A DNA stretch of 56,718 nt, filler included, from Catajapyx aquilonaris (lineage: Eukaryota): the NCBI GenBank assembly GCA_000934665.2. It is 4 parts of 4 records of this genome, joined end to end, with 100 filler letters (N's around TTAATTAATTAA, not from the genome) between each part and the next. Parts side by side here need not be neighbours in the genome. Positions count along the whole stretch, not along the records: positions 1 to 14,101 come from JYFJ02007884.1; 3 more parts are not named here. One strand, 5' to 3'. Every line of letters starts with the position of its first letter. Within the stretch, counting starts at the first letter, position 1. The position numbers and the translations under genes were made by a program. Below, piece after piece: positions 1-11,500 of this stretch. Below the pieces are notes generated by a model. That model was given only the letters and a program-made list of their open reading frames with translations. It had not been told where the DNA came from and made no database searches.

Positions 1-157
1 CCCTACCTCCCGCTGCCTTCTACGTCACATCCCTCCGCCACGCAGACCTCTTAAGCCCTACTGTGATGACAATTAAACTTGGAAATATTGATGACGTGAA
101 TTGTTGCGACACACATCTTAAAGCAAACCTTTAATGACAATTTGTACACATGGTTTA

Positions 158-217
158 AAGCATCCGGCCTAGCTTCCGCCGAAGCATCCGGCCTAGCTTC
201 CGGCGAAGCATCCGGCG
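158..217. repeat. 24-bp tandem repeat, about 2.5 copies
   Basis: AAGCATCCGGCCTAGCTTCCG(C/G)CG repeated twice plus a partial third copy. Confidence 0.85.
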
Positions 218-606
218 ACTGATCCTGCAGATGTTCCGGTGAATGTCACTCATCCCCACCCCACCTCAGCTCCACCTCGACTCCTCCATTTCCCCCCATC
301 CCAATCCAGGCACGCCATTGGCTGGGAGTGTTGGGTGGGGGGACTGCCAAGTTAACCCGCCGGGGACTATAGGGGTAGAAAAGTGAAAATATTCCCCCAG
401 AAACCATAATGGAAAAAATTGTGGGTTTGCCAGCTTTTTTTTTGTTGCTGTGAGTGACACCCATCCTATTTAATTAGCGTTAAAGAGAATAAAGCTATTG
501 AGAGCAACTATCAGGTCTACCCATATCTTTGTAATTGTTGCTTCTATACATGGTGAAGAGAAACTCACGGGCAATCGCCTGGTAGACTGATAGTACTCAT
601 AAAACT

Positions 607-874
607 TATTTATTTATTTTATTTTTTATTTATTTTACCCCATTGGGAGAATTGGCGCTCCGTTAGGGGGATGGAATACCACCACTGGATGGGGCCAAGG
701 ATAGGGAAGGAAGGAAGTGGCTGTGACCTATTATACAGAAATGACCCCGGAATTATCCTGGGGGGACCGTGGAAAACCACAGAAAACCACGGTCAGGATC
801 GCCGGCCCTGGGAATCGAACCCAGGTCCTCCCGATTAGCAGTCAGGCTCTTTAACCACCACACCAACCTGCTTC
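607..874 (-). mobile_element. tRNA-derived SINE (family A)
   Basis: Minus strand has A box TGGTGTGGTGG, B box GGTTCGATTCCC and an (AAAT)n tail; imperfect TSD TCATAAAACT (597-606) / TCATAAAGCT (877-886). Confidence 0.8.
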
Positions 875-889
875 AGTCATAAAGCTAAT

Positions 890-1216
890 ATATGGATGTG
901 CAATCAGTTTTCGGCTCCATTCCGTAGTTAATGCGTAAGGCGCCTTTGAGGTGTAGAGGGCCGGATGGTAAAATATGAGGTAAAAACGACAAAGTGCATG
1001 GGTGTCGTACCCGAATTCTTACTCGGACGGTATTTGATCGCCTTTTGCACATGGACGATGTGTTACGGACCCAAGGCTGGATTGTTCGGAGACCCTCGAG
1101 TGACTTTTGCTTCTTTGAAGCTAGCGGAACGGATACAAAGTCCTGAAACTTTGACGGCGCCGTACGCATTAACTATGCAGCAGCTCCCAAAGCTAATTTA
1201 ATTGCACATCCCTGTA
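890..1216. mobile_element. Degenerate Tc1/mariner-type MITE
   Basis: Inverted ends GGATGTGCAAT...TAGTTAATGCGTAAGGCGCC and GGCGCCGTACGCATTAACTA...ATTGCACATCCCTGTA. Confidence 0.6.
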
Positions 1217-1302
1217 TTTATTTTGCGACTACTATCACTCTACCTCTCCGCGAGTTTCCCTTCACCCTGTATAAATTGTGTGCTGGAAGAAACAGTCTAT
1301 AA

Positions 1303-1379
1303 CAGTGGTTCGCGGGGCATAACTGCAGGAAATTATATGATATGCAGTCTTTTCATGGCACCCCAGTTGGGAACCACTG
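1303..1379. mobile_element. 77-bp hAT (Charlie-type) relic
   Basis: CAGTGGTTC...GAACCACTG termini with 8-bp TSD GTCTATAA/GTTTATAA. Confidence 0.75.
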
Positions 1380-1392
1380 GTTTATAATATAA

Positions 1393-2321
1393 CTAGCAGG
1401 ATACCCGGCGTTGCTCGGGTTATGAAATACTTTTCCATAGGAGTAACTCATTGATTTGGTAGTTACCTTTGCAATAATTATTGCTATGCAATGTTGGTAC
1501 GCCTGTAACATGGAGCATATTGCATGAGCATGAAGTCCAAACAACACACTACAGATGTCAGGTTGTAAGAAAATACACAATACATATTAAAAATCCAGCA
1601 AAAGTATATTATGAAAAATTGAAGGTTGTGCAGTAAATGTAGAATAGCATTGAAAGACCGGCACCTTGCTTAGTCATTCCCCAACCCAAAAATGGCCAAT
1701 CTGGCCTGGGTGACTGCCAGTACAAAGTACAGACACCACGTAGAAATGTAATAACACACGGGGGAGACGTGAAACAACCTGTTATGTAATGAATTTGAGG
1801 ACAAATTTGCAGTGTGTCTGTTTTGCAAGGCGGCCGAAATGGAACTCTCTCAATTATAATTATTGATTCGTTTTGAATGTGAAATTAGAAAGGGGGAGGG
1901 GAAGGTGGGGATGGGTGGAACAACAGTCGAGGGGAGGGCGGATGAAGGAGTTGATGGGCAGGCGGGGACAGGGGCCTTGCTGGCGGGAGTGGAATTGGGG
2001 GACTGGAGGTGGCAGTGGGGAGAGGGCGATGTGACCCCTTTGGCCAACAGAGAACAAATGGAAAGTTTCCCTGGAACTCAACAGAGGAGTTGTTTACACC
2101 CAATTGCTCATGATTAGAACACGTGCCAATGGGGAGGCCTTTTCGCCTCCTGCGGCCAAGGATGACCTCGGAGGTCAAGTCCAATGTGCTTATGACCTTC
2201 CCAGTAAAAAACCACCCCTAATCATTCCCCTGGGGCATATGTCGAGGCCTCCGTATGGATTTGCATCGGGATCAAACAGAATGACAGACCGACAGACATA
2301 CGCTGAGAAATATGTATTAGA
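1393..2321 (-). mobile_element. Non-autonomous Helitron-like element
   Basis: Minus strand starts A|TC followed by GTCT-type repeats and ends with hairpin CCCGAGCAACGCCGGG then CTAG|T; no TSD. Confidence 0.7.
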
Positions 2322-2769
2322 TAACCTCCTCCCTCCTTAAATTGGCTACTTGGCCTATGCACCACTCTGTATATCCAGCTGTCAATCAAAATTTCTATGA
2401 AAGTTACTGTTGGTGATTGTAAATATGGGGACTTATCATAACACTTTCATTGAAGACATATCTGTTGAAGTTGTTTATTATTATAGATGACTTGGGGTCC
2501 ACTTTGATAGCTCAAATAGGTTTCTACCGAGAAACTTCTCTTTTGCTCAGGTTTAGAGTTGGCCACTGGGAAACCGGTTTTCCAAAACCTGAACTCGAAT
2601 CACCCGTTCATGTGTCACTAGGAACTGAGAATAAAAGTAGGCAAGGAGTGTTAGCTGCCTTGATATTGTTTCCAGCTCTGCATGAGTAACAAGTTTGCTA
2701 ATAGGCTGCTAGAATTTATTCAGATTTCTTATTTACTTGACTGCCCTGCCCTCTATGGATGTACTATCA

Positions 2770-2877
2770 GTCCAACAAGAATTGTCGCAGCGGCAGCGCA
2801 CGAACTACAATCTACGAGCACAGGTATACGAGAGACTGTAGTTCGTGCGCTGCTGCTTGCGACAATTCTTGTTGGAC
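2770..2877. repeat. Hairpin MITE-like inverted repeat
   Basis: GTCCAACAAGAATTGTCGCAGCGGCAGCGCACGAACTACA and its near-perfect reverse complement. Confidence 0.8.
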
Positions 2878-2958
2878 ACCAGGTACACAGCGTCTCAGAC
2901 CTAGGAAAACAATTCTAAAACCCACTTTTATGTTAGCAACATGGAAGTGGTACTGAAC

Positions 2959-3046
2959 ACAGTTGAAGGGCTCGGGAGAAAACAATGGTAATGGATATGT
3001 AAAACCCATACCCTTACCATTGTTTACTCCCGAGCCCTTCAGTTGT
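2959..3046. repeat. Hairpin MITE-like inverted repeat
   Basis: TGAAGGGCTCGGGAGAAAACAATGGTAA versus TTACCATTGTTTACTCCCGAGCCCTTCA. Confidence 0.75.
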
Positions 3047-3334
3047 CCTAGTTCCAGAACTCAAAGCTTTTCATAGAGACATGCAAACTAAGTCTTAAAT
3101 TATTTTATGCAGCATTTTAGTGCATGATTTTTGTGTCTCATTACACTTAGAATCATAGAAATTATGTGGGCCAGCAATGCAGTGATGAGATTGTTTATGC
3201 AACAGAGGGTAAGTAAAGAAGCAAGTGTGTTTTAAGCCAAGTCTGTCAAATGTGGCAATGTTAGAGAGTTGTTGAAATATCTCTCTTTGTAAATGTCTAA
3301 TAATTAATTATTTGTATTTTTTGAACCTCATTAG

Positions 3335-6300
3335 GACCATTTTCATGAAGATGTGGTTTTGAAATCATCATGGAAAAGCCCGTACAGTGAATCGGGCAGC
3401 AGTATGACAACACCAGCTGTATCCAAGAGTTATCCAGACACAGAGAGTGAAGCAGGATCAATTCAGGAAGAGGAAAAAATACAATATTTGTTCCAAGCAT
3501 GTGATGGCAATGGAGATGGTTATATTGACAGGCAAGTAGATGTGTGTGATAGAAATGAAGTAGGTAAATGAAATTGATGTGTGTCAAATATAATATGTTG
3601 TTAAAGGGACACTCCACTCAAAATACAAGTTGGTGTCTAAAAATCAGGCAAAAAATCCTGATTCCGAGAATGCGATCCGTTTTTCTCTGAGGCGAACGGT
3701 AATCCGCGAAATAAATCTCAAAGTAGGCCGTCTGCAAACCCCCTGCCCCTCCAGTCCCGGCGATACCACCCCCGGCCACGGACCCGCTGCCCCTCCACTC
3801 TCGCCCACACCTCCCCCGGCCACCTGGCGGCTGCCTGAGGAAGTTGGAACTTAGTCCTCCCCAACAGCGCGAGTTTGAAATGCAGTTCGGGGTCGGATAT
3901 TACTGGCTGCTGCAAATGCGTACATTGTCACCCACCGAGGTGTTACTTTCCGGACCTCGCCTTTGCTTGGCCCCTAATTGTTTACTGGTGGCCTGCATCT
4001 GTTGCTCCCACATACACCAATTTAGTTGCAATAGTGCTTCATATTGGAATTAAGTCATTGAAACAGAGCCATTAGCAAAATGTTCGGCCCAAACACATTT
4101 TAGCTGCTATTCTCAAACTGATGTGCACTGGGGAAAAGAGGTGCATCAGGAGATATGTCAAACATGGTCATTGGGCTCGATGGCCGAGGAAACATTACCT
4201 GTGCATCAGTATTGGACACATCAACAGTGGATGTTCCGGTGCTGGTTTCCATGTCTGATGTGCACTGGGGGTGCAATAAAATATGCGCACATTGACGCTG
4301 TGCCACATTATTCCTACCTCCAGTGTTGGAACAGCATTAGGCTTTAGTTCCCGCCTCTTCTGTTCCGGTCTGTAGGGGCCATCCATAAATTACGTAACAC
4401 TTGGGGGGAGGGGGGTCGACGCCNCATTTCATAACGTAAGTTACGCGTTACATGGGGGTACGGGGGGTCTGACTCAGCGTTACTATGCGTTACATGGGGG
4501 TAGGGGGGGGGGTCAAAAAAGCCGAAAATCAGTGTTACGTAATTTATGGATGGCCCCTAGGGAAATAGCGACTGCCTGTGCAAGTGATCCATGCACACCT
4601 GATGACTTGACATGGGTGTATATGTTGGTGGCAAATTCAAGGCTTCTCGCCATTGCCGCATCAAATCCTGACGTTCGCAAGGAAATACGAAATACGTCAC
4701 TCGCTCCAACCGTTTCTTATTGCGCTTACAAATAAACTACACAGAACGGGACACCACCCTTGCCTTTCTTGCCCATGATGCTACTTGCTTCCAAGCCCGC
4801 CTCGATATGCCGGACAGGAAGGCCAGAAATGATAAACCCCCCTGCCGAAGTGCTAAACATAAACATGTGTCGTCTTCCAGTCGTTCCCTCCGGGCGTTTG
4901 GTCATGGGGATCTGATGCGGGTGCAACAGATGTAGTCCACCCGTAAACAATTAGGGGCCAAACAAAGGCAAGGTCCGGAAAATAACACCTCGGTGACAAC
5001 ATACGCATTGGCAGCAGCCAGAAATATCCGACCCGATCTGCATTTCAAACTCGCGCTGCTGGGGAGTAAGTTCCAACTTCCTCAGGCAGCCGCCAGGTGG
5101 CGAGTATCCAACTTCCCCTGGTGGCCGTGGGTGAGGAGGGCGTCTCCACGCTCGATCAGAAGTTGAATTTATTCCGACTTTCGTATATTCCCCTGTCATT
5201 ACCGTTCGCCTCAGAGATAAACGGATCACATTCTCGGAATCAGGATTTTGTGCCTGATTTTTAGAGGCCAACTTGTATTTTGAGTGGAGGGTCCCTTTAA
5301 GGATTTTTTGCGAAAGAGATATCCGCAGGCTCTGCATCAGCAGATTCAATTGAATGCAGATCTCAATTGTTCAAGGGGGAAAAACTACAGTTTCCAAAAA
5401 GGAAAGTTGAATTTTCTGTGCAGAGCACTACAATACAATATAACAACTATTTAAATGGCATTTGCATTGTATTAGGTATTATAAGTAATCTAGAAATGAT
5501 TTAATATATATGGGAGGATGTGTGTTGTTATACACATATGTTAGGCTCAAACTCCAAAAACGGCCATTGAGCGAAAAGAAACCGAGCATGTTGCGAAATG
5601 ATATTTTCAAAATGAGCAGATCGCGAAATGTTCATTTTGAAATGGGCAGACCCCAAAATGCTTCTTTGATAAAGACCGGAGCTCGTTTCTGGACTACACA
5701 AAAATGTCAGGACACGAAATTACTCCCGTGGCTGGTTCATAAAAAGCCCATAACGCGTTGTGGCAGTTCCTTGTTTCCCACTATGTCAAGTAGATGCTCG
5801 AAATAAAGTGCCCTATTGTTTTCTACATGGCATAGTGGGTAACAAAAAACTGCCACCGCGAGTTATGGTCTTTTTCTGAACCAGCTACAACACTAATTTC
5901 GCGTCCTTACATTTTTGTGTAGTCCAGAAAAGCGTTCTGGTCTTTTTAAAAACAGCATTTCGGGTCTGTCCAAACAAACATTTCATGAAATGGATGGTTT
6001 CAAAAGGAGCATTTCATGATCTGCCAATTTTAAAGTGAGCATTTCGCGATCTGCCAGTTTCAAAAAGAGCATTCCATGAAATGCTAAGTTTTTTCGCTCA
6101 ATGGTCGTTTTGGGGGTTTGCGCCTAACACACATACTATGTCATTTTATATAAAGAGACCAATACTCCTGTGGATATGGTGCAGCCCCAGTGTTATACTA
6201 AAACCAAGCAGACACCTCCAGACTACTCGGAACTGAATCAGTGCAGCAAAACGGATAGGGCTACTGAAAAAACTTTGGCAAGATTGTTCATATTGTTAGG

Positions 6301-8043
6301 AGTTAACCATGGGAAGTTCACTGTCAGAAAAGGAGCATCATTGTTCATAGCTATGAACTAGCCCAATCTGCAGTGGATTAATAAATTTGGCCTGTTCATT
6401 CCTCTCACCACAGAAAATCCAGTACCCAGTTTTTTAGCTAGTTTCTCCCCTAGCATAAGTGAGGCACCATGAAAGAGTGATCGCACTAATACGCAAGGTT
6501 TTGTTGTTTTGAAATGGATATGTCTATCTGAACGGATTTTCTCTGCCGATTACGAAAATGATATTGAAAATCTCCTACCACGTCAAGTTTTCGAGTTACA
6601 GAGTGTGTCATAAATTCATGTGGGTATGTCCACATGTCCAGCACGTGACGTGGATGGAGGTGACCGACAGCAACGTCCTTACACCACATTGTTGTGACAC
6701 TCATCCTTGTTACTACCACCAAGTTGATTCCGATTGCATCATTCCACTGGGAGTTATGCACCTCAGAAGGTGTAAACGTGTGGGTCGGAGGTGCATATCT
6801 GTGAACTTGCGGGCATCAAATAAAATCATTCTGTAATTAATCGAGATAACATTAATTGTGATATTGTACGAAGAGTAGGTGGCGATGCTCTATCATACGC
6901 GATCATCTAATAAAGTGCACGACAATTCAAGATGTGTAGTGTTGCATATGAGGATTGAGTCAAAACTCATGGCGCGTATTTTTTAATTCAAAAACCGTAA
7001 CACATACAGAGATGACCTTTGCTGAGTTTTGAAGATCCGGCGATTACAATTTTTTCTGGCATATAGATGTCGCCTATATCGCGAGGAGGGTGGGGAAACA
7101 AAGGGGGAATGTGACCCCCCCCCACCCCCCCACCCCCACCCCCACCGCAACATCGCCGTAAGACGGCCCGAGCCCGCCGCGTACGTTGCGCCTTCCCGAT
7201 AAATTGCCTTCTGTGCATGGGTGGGGGTATCTGTCAAACGCTCTTGAATTGTCGTGCACTTTATTAGATGATGGCGTATGATAGAGCATCGCCACCTACT
7301 CTTCGTACAATATCACAATTAATGTTATCTCGATTAATTACAGAATGATTTTATTTGATGCCCGCAAGTTCACAGATATGCACCTTCGACCCACACGTTT
7401 ACACCTTCTGAGGTGCATAACTCCCAGTGGAATGATGCAATCGGAATCAACTTGGTGGTAGTAACAAGGATGAGTGTCACAACAATGTGGTGTAAGGACG
7501 TTGCTGTAGGTCACCTCCATCCACGTCACGTGCTGGACATGTGGACATACCCACATGAATTTATGACACACTCTGTAACTCGAAAACTTGACGTGGTAGG
7601 AGATTTTCAATATCATTTTCGTAATCTGCAGAGAAAATCGGTTCGGATACACCGGTTTACTTCAAAACAACAGAAAAAAAGTCAGAAAGTGCAGATCAGT
7701 GTAATTTATAACATATGATTTTAAAAAAATACCTCCCTTTGATTTTGTAAATGCCAAGATGAAGAATTCTGCTGATATTTTGGATGTTTTATAATGAGTA
7801 AGACACTTCTGGAGTGCACTTTTGTGCACCAGAAGATCTCTCTACATGTAGAGGTGTTGGTTGGGTTACATCCTCGTTACCAAGACACAAAATGACCATT
7901 AGAGACATTGCACTTGCACTTTGCACATCCCCTCCTACCTACCCTGGAGTAATTAATTAAGATCTTATATGGCTCCAATTTCCGATGGTGGTAATCCACC
8001 CCCCTAAAGGATAATGGTAAATCCCAATGGGGTAATGCAGCAA

Positions 8044-8091
<48 letters not shown>

Positions 8092-8109
8092 TTATTATTA
8101 TTATTATTA

Positions 8110-8142
<33 letters not shown>

Positions 8143-8483
8143 TTTTTTACGTTACCCCGTGCTAGGGCCGTTGGCCCTTTTTGGGGGGTAGATTACCACC
8201 ATTTTTCTTCAATTTTCTTATTATTTTCTTCTAACACCGGTGCAAGGATGAAAGGACAAGAGGTAAGGATAGGGATTTTCGGGGAGGGAACTTGGGTGCA
8301 AGTGCACGTCTGAAAACGGGTCATGTGCTGTTCCCCAGGAGGTTAGGTTGCCAGACACCTCCTTGGTGCAGGTCAGAGACCCTCCTGACGCAGGTGAAAG
8401 GAAAGTTCCCCAGGCGGGGATCGAACCTGGGGCCTTTCACTCAGCAAGCCGAGACGTTACCATCACGGCCACCACACCTCCCC

Positions 8484-8561
<78 letters not shown>

Positions 8562-11500
8562 CATCATCTTAGACAATTACACCTAGGCCTACTACTGAGC
8601 ACACACATATTTTTCTCTCCCTATAAATCTGTTACATATGCAGGGTGATTCTTACCAGTAAGTCCAACGGCAGTCAGTATATTCCTTGTCCCAAAACAAG
8701 TTTTAATCCGGTAGTGCGTTTATCCCTCTTGGGGTCTATTGCATGAACCTTTGTTAACCTTGGTAGTACAATCAGTACAGTATACATGCGGAACCTTTTC
8801 GTGAAACGCCCGGGTCCGGGGGCAGGGTGAGAGGGAGGGGATGTGGAATGTACAGTGCAGTGTTGGTACCTGGTCATATTGTGAACTCCCCCGGGTGGTT
8901 AGTCTCAAGGAATCTTACCCAAGACGAAGCCAGAGACCACCCAACTCTGCACGAGATGAAGGGGGGAACGCCCGGGCTTGGGATCGAACGTGGGACCCTT
9001 ACATCCGTGGGTGCATACGTTACCGCAGCGCCACTCTGCCTCCCCATCCCAAAACAAGTTGAAAATGAAGGGGGGAGAAATGTCGAGGGACCACCAGGTA
9101 ACAAGGTATATGACCAGACACATTGGCCTGGCCTTAAATACATGCAGCAATACACATGGCACACCTGGTCCACCTGTCGGGGGATCTCCCTACAAAGAGG
9201 CTTCATGTGTGTTGCCACGTGTGTAGGGGCAGGCCAATGTTTCTGGTCGTCTACCTCGTTACTAGTTGGTTCCTCGACATTTCTCACCCCTACATTTTCG
9301 ACTTTTAATTGGCCAAGGAATGTACTGACTGCCGGTGGACCTACTATTAGAAACCATTATTAATTAATTACCTGATTGAATTAGCAACTAAATCCGGGTA
9401 GTGTTTGGAACCCTCTTGGGGTAATGCACGGACCTTTATGTACTACCTTGTACAATGTACACAATTGGAACCTTTGACGAAGCGCCCAGGCCCACGGGCA
9501 GGATGACAGGAGGGGATGTGCAAGGTACAGTGCATCTGACGCTGTGGCCATTTTTAGTGAACTCCCCCGGGTGGTTTAGTCTGTGGAAATACCACCCGAG
9601 ACGAAGCCAGAGGTGACCCTGAACTCTGCACGAGATGAAGGGGGTGTCCCCGGGCTGGGATCGAACCCGGGACCTTAACATCCGTGGGCGCATGCGTTAC
9701 CGCAGCACCACTCCGCCTCCCCATTGAATCAGCAACTAGGTTGTAAACTGTTAAAGATGGCATCAAAATAACAGGTGATCCTCATCATGCCAATCTAAGC
9801 ATAAATATTTTTTTCAGCAATTATGTTTGCGGCAGCTGAGAGAGAAAGGACTCCCCTTCATTACTGCAAAAACCCTATCTTGAAATTTTTAAATTAAAAA
9901 AACTCCCAATAAGCATTCATTGTACCTTTTTGTTCCTATTCAACCCATTTTATTGTACACTTGCTGTAGAGTGTAGAAAGGAGATATTCGAGGGAATTTT
10001 TTGCACAAGCACAGTAGTGTAAAAAAAGGAAGTTCTGGTTCTACTTGTGTAGTGAGAGATGTGGCTATTTAATTCATTCTGGAAAGGGGATAATTGTTAC
10101 TGAGGAAGAGGAATTACAGAAATGGAATTATTATTTAGTTTGAGTACCCTTGTGGTGCTTGAGAAAACTGCTCATCATTTTATAAGTATTTAAAAGGACT
10201 CATAATATGTGCTGTGTATGCTGACAATAATTTATTACCTGTATCAATTCAGCCAAGACCTGGAAGTTGTATGCCGTGAATTGCACTTGGAGGAGCTAGT
10301 GGAAGAGTTGCAGCGAGAGTTAGGTGCTGATGAGTATGGCCGCATTTCTTTTCGTGACTTTCTTCGATGCCGGTTTGCTTTGCGACATCAGATTGAAGCC
10401 TTGCACCCTGCAAGCACAAGGTCAGCAAGGAAGTCTCCCTCACTGAGACCTGACAACACAGGAACTATGACTACTACATGCACTAATAGCACACCTGAAT
10501 ATCTGCCTACAAGCAGTGACAACAGCATGGGTAAGGCAGGTGTTGTTGCAGCATTATTTTCTTTTGGTTAAAGAATACTAACTGGTGACAATTTATAAAG
10601 CAGGAACATCAACAAAACAGGAGAGATGGGAATTTGACAGCGGGGCACGGGACTTGAGCCCAGAGCCTCATACCCTTCAAAAACTTATTGAAGCTGCAGG
10701 AGGTTCTCTGACTGGAAATACCACCAATTTACTTGAACTGGCCAATAAGGTTAGGTCTTGACATCTGCACAATATTGTTATTGTGATATAGTTTGAAATT
10801 CAAAAGGTAAATTTGTTGAAAATTAGGTGTGCTTATTTAATATTGCTCCTTAAAACAGGAGAAATTTCTTCAGTCAGTATTAGGCCTCTTTCACATGAGA
10901 CCACAAAGGTGGTGTGGCCATGGTGGTGCTACCACGTCTTTGCATTGCTGTGAATGTAGCCTTTCACACATGGTGACGGCCGTGTACTTGGTGTCACGAC
11001 CAGAAGCACTGGTTGCAGCCAGGGCAATTTTTGGCGCGGCCAAAGGTAACACATCGCTGGTGGCTAACAAATCTGCATCACAGCCAGAGAAGCGCCACCA
11101 AGTATAACGTGGTGATACGTCCATGGCGACCTCATGTGAAAGAGGCCTTGTTCTTTTGGTTAAGCTTAAGTCAAACCATTAATATGAACACTTGTAAATG
11201 ACATTCAGGAAGAGTTTTGTTGGAATGTGCAGCGTATCATTTGGACAGTATAGTGGGACCCAGTTATTCACCAGTAATCAATTCGAAGCCCTCCCACAGA
11301 TAAACCGAACCTTTCACAGGTTGTTCCAAGTACTTGGGTTGTTTTTAGTGATTACTAATGTCACCTGAAGTAGTTATTTTTGTGTAGCTTGATGCAGCCT
11401 GATCCAAGTGCCCCATTATTCCCAAGTAGTCGATTGTAGCAGTTTCTGTACAATATGACACCTGGATAGAGGCGCAAAGCTGCTCAAAAGTAACAGCTTT

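Larger units (their letters stand above)
3605..5296 (-). mobile_element. Non-autonomous Kolobok-type DNA transposon with long imperfect TIRs
   Basis: TTAA|AGGGACACTCCACTCAAAATACAAG...CTTGTATTTTGAGTGGAGGGTCCCT|TTAA; inverted similarity extends to about 3985 and 4943; internal THAP remnant. Confidence 0.8.

Noticed and set aside
800..874. tRNA-like cloverleafs here and at about 8410-8483, 9650-9722, 25597-25670 and 50121-50195
   Set aside because: Each continues into a repeated body with TSDs or tails and has a poor acceptor stem, so they are SINE heads rather than tRNA genes
6486..7718. Paired near-identical ORFs on opposite strands
   Set aside because: By-product of the long inverted arms; no protein motif
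8014..8648. Poly-N/L/I/Y ORFs
   Set aside because: Translations of AAT/TAT microsatellites
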